In this document: positions 1-15,096 of the stretch, one piece after another
Layout: every line of letters starts with the position of its first letter
How positions within the stretch are numbered: the first letter of the stretch is position 1
From: Eledone cirrhosa
Taxonomy: Eukaryota
Assembly (NCBI GenBank): GCA_964016885.1
Contig: OZ024740.1
Coordinates: 209,312,001-209,376,000 of the forward strand
Reading direction: 5' to 3'
DNA: 64,000 nt
Translations under genes and position numbers: made by a program
Notes under the pieces: generated by a model
The model's database searches: none
What the model saw: the letters and a program-made list of their open reading frames with translations, nothing else
What the model was told of the DNA's origin: nothing

Positions 1-144
1 CATAATATCGAATCTATGAGATTTTGAAAGTATTTATTTTGAAAACAATACCTTAACATCAGTTTGAGTGACCAGTTACAGCCAGTTTCAACAGAAAGAG
101 GTAGAGAATTCTGGCTGGTTTTGGCCGGTTTGAACACTAAAGGG
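1..144. mobile_element. Right part of piggyBac-type MITE (same family as 59253-59469 and 63145-63359)
   Basis: Ends ...ACACTAAAGGG|TTAA; internal sequence (cataatatcgaatct..., aacaataccttaa, gagaattctggctgg) matches the two complete copies. Confidence 0.75.
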
Positions 145-516
145 TTAATATAGCTACCGATCATCTTGCATCTACTTGTCATTGGATTCTGGCAGCTGAT
201 ACTTAGAGAGCAACATGTGTGTAGCACAAACACGTGCTACTGTGATCTCCTTGTGCAGATATCTCTTCAAAGTCCTGTGGCGATGGACAAGCAGTGACGT
301 GTACAGACCTAACGAGTTGGAGGTATGCAGTTGCTAATCTACACGCAGGCTGCTAAGCAGAGGTTTTGGGGGGTTTAGGAAGTTTAGGGGTTTTTGCAGG
401 TTTGTTTCGGCCGTTTCTGGGGTTTAGGGGGTTGAGGCGGTTTCACAGGATTCGGAGGTTTAGGCGGTTTCAGGGGATTTAACCTCGTTTTTTTTTTCAT
501 TTTGTAAAAAAAACTC

Positions 517-554
<38 letters not shown>

Positions 555-555
<1 letters not shown>

Positions 556-1850
556 TAGCTAAACTACCCGGTGATTCCCGGGTATTTTATTAAAGTTACA
601 ATATTTGACCATTGAAATATGATTGCTGTATTTTAACTAAAGTAGGAATTATAGCAGAATATTTATTGCCGTTTGTTTAAAGCAAATCATGTGGATAAAA
701 ATATTATTAGTTTTGTCCAGTTGTGATTTGTTTTTAATACTGCTCTCTATTATAGTCAGCATATATAATGCTTCGCACTTGGAAGAATCATTAGGTATGC
801 TGTCAGTGAAAACGGCATGACCAAAAAAATAAATTTAGATTTTATTTGTCCTTTTATTTTTTTTTGCACAATCAGAACCTCTGAAATTCAAACAAAATGT
901 GAAGTTTATTTTAAAAAGCATAAATAAAATAAACTAAAAAAATAAATTTACCATTGGTTTATGAATGAATGAAGAATTTACTTACTCATTTCTGTAATTC
1001 AGGAAAGTTTATTTAAATGTGTATAAGTGTGGTAAATATATACATATACACCAGGAACCAAACTCCCACTGTCACTGCCTCCATCTCTCCCGATCTCCCC
1101 ATCACTCACTATTATGAGCAAATGGGGGTCGCTGGCCGCCCAGCAGCCCAGGCGGTCGGAATAGAGGATGGTGAGGGAGTCGCACTGGAAAATCCATTCC
1201 GGCTTGCGAGGCTCACCCCTGCGGGTAGCCAACTCTGTGCCGGTGGTGGTGAGTTGGGAGGTAGCCCTATAGCCAAGGACACCAGAAGTCTCCATTGCTA
1301 TGAGCTCAACAACAAACCTGTCGGAGAGCGACCGATATTTGGAGAGTTTACGCTCCTTGCGACAGAGCCTGGGTTAATTAAAATTTTTACACTGTAGCTT
1401 TCACCAATTTTTACCTCTATGGCAGTAGGATCTTGTTTGAAGGAGATTTGTTTTCTATTCCTTTTAGGTACACCAACAGTTATAGTGGCTTCCATGACAC
1501 ACACATACATATGTGAGTGTTTGTGTCTGTAAGGCTGTTCGCTGTGATTTGAAACGGACATTGCTTTTATTTCTCGTAGTTGGAGGTGTCACATACAACC
1601 ATTCCTTTTTGCTTCATATATACATACATGAGACAGTAGACTGGGATATATATTCTCTAACTTAAGTACGGTGATAAACACACACACACACACTTGTCTC
1701 TAATTTAAGAACGCCGAGACACACACGCTCACATACACACACAGTCCCATTACGACTTTTGTGAAAGAGAGAGAGAGAAAGAGAAGTAACGTTAAAAAAG
1801 GAGTTAGTTAAAAAGCGTTTAAAAAATAAGTAAATAAAAGTTAGTTATCG
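555..1850 (-). mobile_element. Non-autonomous Helitron-like element, 3' end at 555; other end uncertain
   Basis: A|CTAG followed by GC hairpin tacccgg-tgattc-ccgggta = reverse complement of a Helitron 3' terminus (hairpin + CTAG|T). The 5' TC end was not identified. Confidence 0.5.
1110..1380 (-). pseudogene. Fragment of restriction-like endonuclease (RLE) C-terminus of a CRE-like non-LTR retrotransposon
   Basis: Minus-strand translation KERKLSKYRSLSDRFVVELIAMETSGVLG...GEPRKPEWIFQ..SL.I fits the K..KY...F.P.A.ET.G..G...QR.S.A pattern of CRE-type RLE domains. Confidence 0.6.
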
Positions 1851-1869
1851 AACTATGCTATCATTTTTC

Positions 1870-2873
1870 TGTTTTCTTTCTCTTCTGGACACAATATCAA
1901 CAATAACAATTTATCGAACACAAGGAACGAAAACAATTTACCGAAGAAAATCAATGAGAAAGGCAAACAAAATTTATTTAGTTGTAGCTACAGAAAAATC
2001 CGAAATTATAAACGCCTGTTTACATGCCCTAGCAACGACAGTGAAGCATTATCTTGGTGATAGCAGAGATATTAACAAGAACAAAACACCACCAAAAATA
2101 CCATCATGTATAACTAAAATTTTTAAAAAAATGCTGACCTTCGAAAAAATATAGAATATGTCACAATGCTCCTTACATGCAAACAAAAACAAACAAAAAA
2201 CTACACTCCTCACCAACAAACTGAAAAATAAAATAGAAACGATGTTTGGTGACAGTACAATCAGAACTCTTCAATATAAGCTGATCACTCTCAAACAAGA
2301 ATTGAGAGCTGTCAGCGAGAAATATCGATACCTGAAGAAGGTAGATGAAAGAAAAGCACTTAATAAAAGATTCAGACGAAACCAAACATCAGCCAAAGAA
2401 GGGCAAAGTAATAAATGTCACTGAGGCCCCATCCCAGAAAGACAGATTCCTTCTGGAGAAAAATATGGGGCGAAAAGAAGAATTTCAACCAAGATGCAGT
2501 GTGGCTAAAAGAAATCGAAAAGAACTATTGTTCCTCCACTACAACAAAAACATACGAAATAAATGAGGATACCCTTGAGACTGTGATAGGGAAACTCCAA
2601 GATAAGAAAACACTAGGAAGAGACATGATTGTCGGCTACTGGTACAAAAAAACTGATATTCTATCGGATGTATCTTATCAACTCTACCAACAAACTCTCA
2701 AGGAAGATACACTTATACCAGAATGGTTGACATTAGCGCAGACAATACTGGTCCCCAAGAACAAAGACACCCACTTGGAAAAAACCTACCGACCCATTGC
2801 ATGCCAGAACCTGATGCATAAGATGTATACAGCCTGCCTGAACCTATTTCTCCAAGATTACTGTGAAAATAAT
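1870..2873 (+). pseudogene. Degraded R4/Dong-like non-LTR retrotransposon fragment (pre-RT and RT N-terminal motifs)
   Basis: Broken frames: KALNKRFRRNQ, FWRKIWGE, KTLGRDMIVGYWYKK, PEWLTLAQTILVPK, YRPIACQNLMHKMYT. Interrupted at 2874 by a SINE. Confidence 0.7.
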
Positions 2874-3093
2874 GGTTTCTTATATAGGCACAAGGCCAGG
2901 AGGGCTTGGGGGGGGGGATACGATTAAATCGACCCCAGTGCGTGACTGGTACTTTATTTTATCGACTCCGTAAGGATGAAAGGCAAAGTTAACCTCGGCG
3001 AGATTTGAACTCAGAACGTAAAGGGCCGTAACTCTATGTTGCAAAGCATGGTGTCCGATGCTCTAACGATACTGCCAATCCACCGCCCTAATC
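2874..3093 (-). mobile_element. tRNA-derived SINE, near full length, with TSD
   Basis: Reverse strand has a B-box-like GAGTTCAAATC, core CTTTGCCTTTCATCCTTACGG.GTCGATAAAATAAAGTACCAG and tail GGCCTTGTGCC..AGAAACC. Flanked by ACTGTGAAAATAAT at 2860-2873 and 3094-3107. Confidence 0.85.
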
Positions 3094-3184
3094 ACTGTGA
3101 AAATAATAATATCTTTTTCGGGGAAATTATTGGAGTTTTCCAAATTTAAAGGTTTCTTAGGAACATTCAATGTTTATTTTAGGT

Positions 3185-3250
3185 TTTGCCGCCTGAAGAG
3201 CTCAGGCTATCATAACTGATAGTCCTCAGTGAAATATGTATAACGGAATA
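3185..3250 (+). ncRNA. Hammerhead-ribozyme-like motif (minimal type I, somewhat degenerate)
   Basis: CTGAAGA (3193) - stem II containing ctatca/tgatag - GAAA (3231) TATGTATA; stem I ccg/cgg. Confidence 0.45.
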
Positions 3251-3331
3251 ACGGAGTTTTAAATAAACCTGAATCAACTGAATATGGCCTCCCATCTTTT
3301 ATTAATACACACCCAATACACACACACACAC

Positions 3332-3428
<97 letters not shown>

Positions 3429-3454
3429 TGTGTATATATAAATATATGTATCTA

Positions 3455-4551
3455 TTCATTCCAGCCATGCAGTACTCATCATCAAACGTATCAAGTACAA
3501 ATAGAAGATCATCTTCTGTCGAGTTAAGTAACACCATGTCGTCTGCAAATTCTAGCCGACTGATTTTACACCCACCAGTCATGATACCACTTCCAACCCG
3601 GCTGCGCATGTCAATCCTGTTCATGTAAATAATAAACAGGAGAGGTGACAGTACGCATGCTTGGAGGAGTACGACTTCCACATTGAATGGTTTCGATTTA
3701 GCACCATTTATCCGAACACAAATACTCGGGCATTCGTATAGAGACATCAGGGCAGCAAGAAGCTGACTATCAATCCCATACTCCTGCACAACTTCCACAG
3801 CAGGCCCCGAGGAACGCGGTCATATGCCTTCTCAAGCTCGACAAATCAGTGCTTGCGAAAACTGAGACACTCGTCCTCTCAGTGAAGCCTGCACAGATCA
3901 CCTAACATGTGAATGTAGTTCCACTGAAGCTGGTAGAAAAGTTCAAGTAACTCGGGGCCATGTTCCCGAGTGATGGAAGGCAGTAGGCTGAATTAAGTGT
4001 AAGAATTGCAAAAGCTGGTGCAGTAATGTGCCAGCTTTAGCATTCAGTAATCAGCGAAAAATTAAAACTCGCTGTCTTCAATTCAGTTTTCATGTCAACC
4101 CTTATCTATGGTCATGAATCTTGAGTAATGACTGAAAGAATACGATTGCGAATACAAGCGGTCGAAATGAGATTCCTCCGACGTCTTTGGAGTAACGTTA
4201 CTCGAAAGACTCTTCAGAGATCAGAGAGTCCACTCCAGGTAGAGCCGCTACTTCTCCGAATTAGGAGATCACAGCTCCGATACTATGGTTATGTAGTTAG
4301 AATGTCTTAGGAAAGAATCGCTGGACAGATGTTACGAGCAAAACCAACTGGCAGGAGACCCAGGGATAGACCCTGAGCAAGATGGTTGGATAACATCCAT
4401 GAGCTTGGCTGGTCACGATGGGGATCCAGCTGGATCAGTTGGAGACGGTTGCTTCTGACAGGACCCATTGGAGGGAGTGTTTGAGGGCTCTGGCCCCATG
4501 ACCCTCTCAAGAATAAGTGGGCGAAGAAGAAGAAGAAGAAGAAGAAGAAGA
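3455..4551 (+). mobile_element. 5'-truncated RTE-clade LINE with inverted 5' part (3455-3841 on minus, 3842-4551 on plus) and (AAG)n tail
   Basis: Minus: EKAYDRV...LQACVLSPLLF...FADD...AGM. Plus: KTE...VEKFK*LG...YGHES...EMRFLRR...QLRYYGYVVRM...GRRPRDRP. Tail (AAG)n at 4523-4551. Confidence 0.8.
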
Positions 4552-4765
4552 ATGGGCATTCGATTAATGAACATCGCTGTTTGTCCATTCCCTTGTCACT
4601 TCAATTTTGGATTATCTCCTTGATTGTAACTTTATTATGTTAGACGCTGTCTGAAGAGAGCATAGCAATGGCTTATGCGCTGAATTACGTAGATAATGTC
4701 GTCCCAGAAATATGTATCATGGCCTTAACAATAAAGGACTTTATCATCTAAACTGTGAATTTCCT

Positions 4766-8293
<3,528 letters not shown>

Positions 8294-8296
8294 TAA

Positions 8297-8540
8297 TAAA
8301 ATAAATATGGTTTTATAAATATAGTTTCCATTTATTTAATATCATTGTATATATGTATATATATACAATGATATTAAATAAATGGAAACTATATTTATAA
8401 AACCATATTTATTTTATTATATATATTTCAAGGGTGCCAAGACAACATTGGTACGCTTTCATCAGATAAAATACAAAGTTTGTTTTATAAATAGAGACAT
8501 ACCCATGAAAATCATACCTTATCGGTTGGAAATTCTACTT
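8297..8540 (-). mobile_element. Short non-autonomous element with a fold-back palindrome and a hammerhead motif (related to 38318-38500)
   Basis: Near-perfect inverted repeat at 8297-8417. Minus strand reads TTTAT-CTGATGA-aagcgtaccaa...ttggcaccctt-GAAA-TATATATA-ATAAAA. Flanked by (TA)n. Confidence 0.65.
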
Positions 8541-8555
8541 ATATATATATATATA

Positions 8556-9419
8556 CTAGCATTAAAGCCCGGCGTTGCTCGGGGTCAGTAAGTTACCAAA
8601 GTTAGGTTGCACCACCCATTTTATGGCAGCACTTTTTTGTCTACCAGGCACTGGGTGAATGAATTGCAGACCTGGACTGCCGAAGCAGGAGCTGCGCCAG
8701 CAGTGATAATTGGAGTTTCGCCTATGGATATTATCTCTGTGCAAAGAAATGTTGAAATTTATTGTTTCACAGTACTTGCGTAACACACGCGTAGAGGATG
8801 CCAGCCGAACAACAGAGCTGCGATGGAGTTGTTCTGCATGGTTGTCTAATGTGTGTTTTCTAAATTTAAGACAGTAGGGAGGGGTGTGATATGGGGGAGA
8901 GTTAGCTGCTGTTTCTAGGTTTAGTGACCTCATAGAGTATATTATTGTGTATAGTAAATAAACTGATACTTCTTTCTTCCACGTTCGTTGAGAGATGTTT
9001 TGAAAAAGATTTATCGCTATTTTTGTTGTTGTTGAATAAATTTATCTGTTACTTTTGAATAATTGTTGTTCCGACTCAAAAGCAAACGTTCTCTCTCTCT
9101 CACTCTCTTCTCTTTCTCTCGCTCTCTCTCCTTCATTTCTTTCTTCGACGTTCCTAAAGGAAGTTTGTAAGTTTAAGCGTATATAAGAGAAATTTGCAGG
9201 ATGTATGTAGTTTTATCGAATTAATAAGGGGAGTAGAGAGAGGGATCAGATTGTATTAGAGGAGTAAAGCGTCATGTATTTAGTTTTATCGATTATTTCC
9301 GTAATTGTGGGTGAGTTTGAAATAAATAAACAGTCGTTGACCTAAGTTAGACCATTTACAACATTCTTACAGACTTTGAGTCGAATTGGTTTGAAATTGT
9401 GCAAATGTATAAACATGGA

Positions 9420-9450
<31 letters not shown>

Positions 9451-9482
9451 ACAACAACAATCTGCCTTTTATAGATAATGAT
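8556..9482 (-). mobile_element. Non-autonomous Helitron-like element
   Basis: A|CTAG..cccggcgttgctcggg hairpin at left. Right end ctgccttttatagataatga|t reads TC...ATAAAAGGCAG on minus, next to a (CA)n tract. Confidence 0.65.
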
Positions 9483-9491
9483 ATATATATA

Positions 9492-9568
<77 letters not shown>

Positions 9569-9952
9569 TCAAAAGTAGGATGATATATATATATATAAAA
9601 TAAACACATCAAACAATTACAGGGGATAATTTGTAAAGAGTGTAACCACACATAGTTACGGGGGTAACATATTAAAAATTAAACAAGAAATTTGAATATA
9701 GATACCTTGCAATAATGATTAATCTCCTTTGTATATATTCCATTGAAGAATATATATGGAAGGAATATATTAGGTTAACGCTTGACATAGCAGGAAGAGA
9801 GTCTTAACCTTTCGAACGCTAGTCCTTCATCAAAAGAAAGCATGAAAAAGAAGATAGATTGAAGGGACGGGCGGGGTGGAATTGGAAAAAATGTCTGGAG
9901 ATAAAAATAACAGGTCCATTCATGTAACCGTTTGATATATATATATATATAA

Positions 9953-12393
9953 AGAATTCTGTGTCATCTCGAGAGAGACCTACAACAACTTAGCTCTCCA
10001 ACATCTTAATGACCACAGCCTCTACTCGAAAGTCACAGGGACCTCCTCGACTCTAATCGAGGAAGGCATTAACACCATATGGACTAACATCTGTGTCCAA
10101 CGAAAACTGCCAAAGAAGGTAAAAAACAACATAATGACTCGAAACAGCAAGCTACCCACCTTCTACCACCTGGTTAAAACACATAAACAAGGACCCGATT
10201 TGAAAATCAGGCCCATTGTCTCTAGAGTGGAGGGCCCACTCTACAAAATATCGTGGCTGCTCTCCACACTACTGAAACCCATTCTACACACACTACCAGC
10301 CCACGTCTGCAGCTCAAAGGAGGTCTTGGAGCGACTACACCATCTGGCGCCCAACACCAGAAAGGACAACGGTTATGCCTTCAGTCTTGATGTGGTCGCC
10401 CTTTATACCTCCGTACCAGCATCCCCAGCTGTCGACCTGTTGACCGAACGAGTCCGAGCATCTAACTTACACTGCTTCGGACTCACACACACGGACATCC
10501 ACCAACTCCTCTCCTTCGTTGTGGATAATGCACTCTTCAATTTCCTCGGCCACACGTACAAACAAATCTCTAGGCTACCTATGGGCTCTAGTCTGTCCGG
10601 CATACTTGCGATCTCGTACATGGACCACCTGGAACGCAAGGCACTCAATACCTGCCAACCCAATTCCGTCGCCGTCTACTCCAGATACGTTGATGACATC
10701 CTGAGACTTACTTCTTCCCGGGAGATGGCGAATGAAATTCACCAAATCTTCAACGATACTGACCATCACGTCGATTTCACCATCGAACACCCAGGAGAAG
10801 ACGGGTCACTCGCCCTCCTCGACTTCCGTATCAACATCTCGGAAGAAGGAGACATAAACACCACCTTCTACCGCAAAGCAGCGTGCAAGGACTTATTTGT
10901 GCATTACAACTCAGCCCTCCCCAACAACGCTAAGAGAGGCTATGTCCTAAATGAACTGACACGGATCACTAACAGATGCAGCGACCCGATGGGTAGTCTC
11001 ACCCATACCACGCAATTCCGTAATCTACTCAGATCTAATGGTTATCCCAAGCGACTGATTAACGGAATTAGAGACCCCAGACCCAATAGACAGACACCCA
11101 CTAGAAACTTAAATAAAAGCAGGTGCTTCTTTAAAATCCCCCACCTGAGTGAATATACCACGAACGCCATCCGCAGGGCCATACGGACGGAGGGACTTGA
11201 CATACATTTGGCCCACACAGGACCTTCGCTGCGAAGATGCCTCTCCAACAAACCCGACGAGTCAGATGGGACGTGTTCCCTCAGCAACTGCCCGATACGG
11301 GGGGCAGATTGCCTACGCACCTATGTCGTATATAAGATTCAATGCGATAAATGTAACAAGTTTTACATAGGTAGCACCATCCGACCCTTACATGTTCGTA
11401 TCAAGGAACACCAACGCATCTTCCTTCCGTAAACACATCCTTAAATTCGGAAACCCACAGGGTAGATCCTTGGTCACAGTCCTAGCGACTGAACGCAGCA
11501 TCGGATCCTTAAGGATAAAGGAAGCACTTGTTATTAAGAACCTCAGACCCCCACTTAACAACCGGGCTGAGAGAAATGAGCTGACATGGCTAACTTAACC
11601 ATAGTGACCATTCACAACCCTTACGGCCTGCTACTTTCACACACACGCACGTATATGCATACCCATACGCATACACACACACATCTATATTTATACACGC
11701 ACACATGTTTTTACAACCTACCACCTTTCACACCCTTTGATTTCCAGCTTCTACAGCCCACTATCTTTCACACACACACGCACTCACACATATACACACA
11801 CAGTTACACACACATGTATACCCATACGCTTACACACACACATCTATATTTATACACGCACACATGTTTTACAACCTACCACCTTTCACACCCTTTGATT
11901 TCCAGCTTCTACAGCCCAGTATCTTTCACACACACACACACTCACACATATACACACTTACACATATACACACACAGTTACACACACATATATATTTACA
12001 CACACATATTTTACGGCTTTCACACGCTAGCGCACCCTCTTGATTTAACCCATTTGGTCAGTAGCTTTTGCAACAGCCTATCACGCGCACGCGCATTCTT
12101 TCCCTCGTTTAATTTTTAAATAATTTTCTCCCCATAACGGCATTCCTGTCTTAACGACATCACAACTTTCTCCGCTTAGCCTGTTTCCCCCCCCCCCCCT
12201 TTTGGAACTTTCCCCCGTTGATGGGCGTGAGCCCGAAATATTGGGATTAAATCTCCACTACGGTAACCCTTCTACCTTTGTTTTGTTTTCATCTTTGTCT
12301 CTCTCAATTTTCACTTTCTCCTGTTTCTCCTATCTATCATTCACTTCCTACCTCGAGATTTCCCTCTGCATTGTTGTGGCTTTCTAAACTACG

Positions 12394-12400
<7 letters not shown>
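9953..12400 (+). mobile_element. Penelope-like element (5'-truncated) with 3' region and hammerhead-like motif
   Basis: RT+GIY-YIG ORF, duplicated CA-rich 3' segment (about 11635-11990), and TTGATG-GGC-GTGA-GCC-CGAAA motif at about 12215-12245. Flanked by (TA)n. Confidence 0.75.
10134..11598 (+). pseudogene. Penelope-like RT + GIY-YIG endonuclease, frameshifted near 11420
   Basis: KTHK..IRPIVS, FSLDVVALYTSV, PMGSSLS, RYVDDI, LDF, YRK, C-terminal VVYKIQCDKCNKFYIGSTIRPLHVRIKEH; continues in 11392-11598 frame as LRIKEALVIK..P.LN. Confidence 0.9.
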
Positions 12401-12421
<21 letters not shown>

Positions 12422-12425
<4 letters not shown>

Positions 12426-12507
12426 GAACGAGTAGGACCCCGACGGCTGAGCTCAAGCCGTTTCGACGGCTAATTCTGGACTCAGTCGGGGTCCTACTCG
12501 TTCCTAT
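12422..12507. repeat. 23-bp perfect inverted repeat enclosing a TTCG-capped hairpin
   Basis: ATAGGAACGAGTAGGACCCCGAC / GTCGGGGTCCTACTCGTTCCTAT with internal AGCCGT-TTCG-ACGGCT. Confidence 0.85.
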
Positions 12508-12583
12508 TACCCACTCTACTACCCTAAGTATTGAGTACTTTGGTGCGTTATGGTCCATCTGGTTCCGTACCACATTTCCTTCG

Positions 12584-12640
<57 letters not shown>

Positions 12641-12662
12641 ATATAATTATTATTATTATTAT

Positions 12663-12753
12663 TTAACTTTGCCTTTCATCCTTACGGAATCGATAAAATA
12701 AAGTACCTGTAATGCACTGGGATAATTGCTGGCCTTGTGCCAAAAGTAGAAAC

Positions 12754-12796
<43 letters not shown>
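12663..12796 (+). mobile_element. 5'-truncated SINE with long (ATT)n tail, directly upstream of the Tx1 stack
   Basis: Core ttaactttgcctttcatccttacgg..gataaaataaagtacc and tail ggccttgtgccaaaagtagaaaca; (ATT)n on both sides. Confidence 0.9.
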
Positions 12797-13005
12797 GGCG
12801 ACCTACGTAGTAAATCGTATCATCGTGAACTCCGCAAAGGTTTGTTATTTCCGTTTGTTAAAAATTGCCATTTATGGAAAATTTTTATTGTTAACTATAT
12901 ATAAGCGCACATACATTGTTTTCCGAAAAGGACACCCAAAAAGATTGGGGCCTTGTGCCCAAAATTTAAACTTTTATGATTATCAAAAAATTTCTTTGAA
13001 AAAAA

Positions 13006-15062
13006 ATGGCTAATTCACCACTGCACCAAGCAGCTGAAAGCCTTTCTCACAAATTAACACCTCACACCGACACCACCATTGTAAATGATACTACGCCTTC
13101 CAACACAAACAATTTAAGCACTAGCAATATTTTAAATTTGTCTCAGGCAGACATTCATTTCCCGCCATTACCAATGACTGCAGGTGTTAAAGCCGCCACC
13201 ACCACCACCACCACCACCACCGCGACAACCACCACCACCACCACCACCGCGACAACAGAAACAAAAGGAAAAAATAAATCAACTCGTGATGTCGAAATAT
13301 TTTCAACCAAAATGGACTCTCCCAAACCGACTTTCAATGACGTCACCACCACCACAACTGAAACTAAAATTAATAATAACAAAAATAACGATAGCAACAA
13401 CAACAACAATGACATTAAAAAAACCACCCTGAGTTTTGCCAGAGTAGCAAAACAGTTCGAAGCATTTACGGTAACTCAGGAGGATTTAGAAAATGCCAAA
13501 CAAATGGTAAAGAAAGATGGGTACAGGGTCAGCCTCACCCCCCACCTAATAAAATGGAGCATCGGCGCCTATGCACCGTGTCGTATCGAACAATAAATGT
13601 AAAATCGCGCCGAGTGGAACGGGCATCCGAGTCCCAAATCCAAAAAGCTTTGGGACATGTGTGGGCAAGAAAAACCCACATCAGACGTGGGCAGAAGTAT
13701 GGAACCGTGGACGTGTTCTTTGAAACACCAGAGGAGGCTAGAGAACACTCCATGGCCCCATTAAGAAGTGACGACTTCACACTCGTCCCAAGCTATTGTG
13801 GCCAGAGACTCGTAAAGTTCAGGGTGACCCACGTTCTACCGGCCATCGAAATTCCCTGGCTAATAGCGGCCGTCCTCGCCGGCATCGAAGCCAACACAAA
13901 GATAATAGCAATAGCAAAAGAAAAGCAGGAGAACTGGTCCGGATCTGGGATGGAGCTCCTGATCCAAGCGGACCAAAAAAGCATTGAGGAGATCCCAGAG
14001 GTAATAGACCTCACTGACGGCAGCCACCTCACCGTAATTGTCGAGGGCAGAAGGCCTAGGTGTGTCGTTTGTGGTGAAGGAACCCACCTAAGGGCTTTCT
14101 GCCCTCAGGCTAAAAGGTTGAGGCCACCTCTCCTACCCACCCCAGTGACACAACTATCAACACCACCAGTAGCAGAGATGGCAGCAACAACTGTAGCAGC
14201 AACAACAGAAGCAACTATAACAGCAACAACCCCAGCAACAGTAGCAAAACCAACACCACCACCACCAGCAAAACCAACACCACCACCACCCAACGCTTCA
14301 GAACTAGCACCAGCGCCTACACCATCCACCACGCCACAACCAAAACTAACGCCTGTGGAGGATTTTCCACTCCCCGGCCTATCACAACTGGAGACAGATT
14401 GTGACGACGAGGAGTGGGAAACGGTATCAGGAAAAAAAAAAGAAACCAAAAAAGAAAAAATTCTCTTCCTTCCTCCTCCAAAAACAAAATACAGAGGGAA
14501 ACAAATAAATTAACAAACAAAAAAGTTAGGACAGATATGCCACCATCCACACCAGCATCACCAACCCCATCAACCCAAACACCAACACCATCACCATCAT
14601 TAACCCCAACACCACCATCACCTACACCACAAAAGTCACCAAAATGCGAAACAGAAACAAACCCACAACAAACGCAAACAAAACAAAACAACCAAAACGA
14701 TACACACTACACAGCATTAAATTTGAAAGTACCAGTAATGCTCTGGGTATTTGCTGGCCTTGTGCCAAAAGTAGAAACAATTAAATTTGAACAACAAGCA
14801 ATTATTACACTACATCCAACACAACACCAGCATCACAGAAAAAGACTACACAACAACCCAAAATTTCACACCACCTCCACACATACAAATCACTCGCATC
14901 ACACAGAAAACGTACATGACACTAAAACAAAAATTCCCCAAAGACATCGGAGACTTCCGACAAGCACTCTCCAGGAGGATTTATAAGGACATCCTTCCTG
15001 AGGAGGCCACAAGCAGTGAAAAGGATGGAAAAACCGTCCTTCCCCTACGAGAAGTAAGGTAA
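13006..15062 (+). pseudogene. ORF1 of copy 1 (RRM-like region + CCHC knuckle), frameshifted and carrying a SINE insert
   Basis: Spread over ORFs 13006-13596, 13554-14513, 14414-14986 and 14787-15062; RPRCVVCGEGTHLRAFC; homologous to 19003-21099. Confidence 0.85.
14728..14779 (+). mobile_element. 52-bp SINE 3' end inserted in ORF1 of copy 1
   Basis: agtaccagtaatg...ggccttgtgccaaaagtagaaaca flanked by ATTAAATTTGAA at 14716-14727 and 14780-14791. Confidence 0.9.
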
Positions 15063-15096
15063 GTGGTCTTTCCCATCTTTTCCACTCCTTTTCAAC

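Noticed and set aside
362-482. Telomere-like GTTTAGG repeats
   Set aside because: Short, degenerate and irregular; best treated as a G-rich minisatellite.
12949-12964. GGCCTTGTGCC.AAAA in the copy 1 5'UTR matching the SINE tail
   Set aside because: Only an 11-nt exact match, not retained in copies 2 or 3; may be chance.
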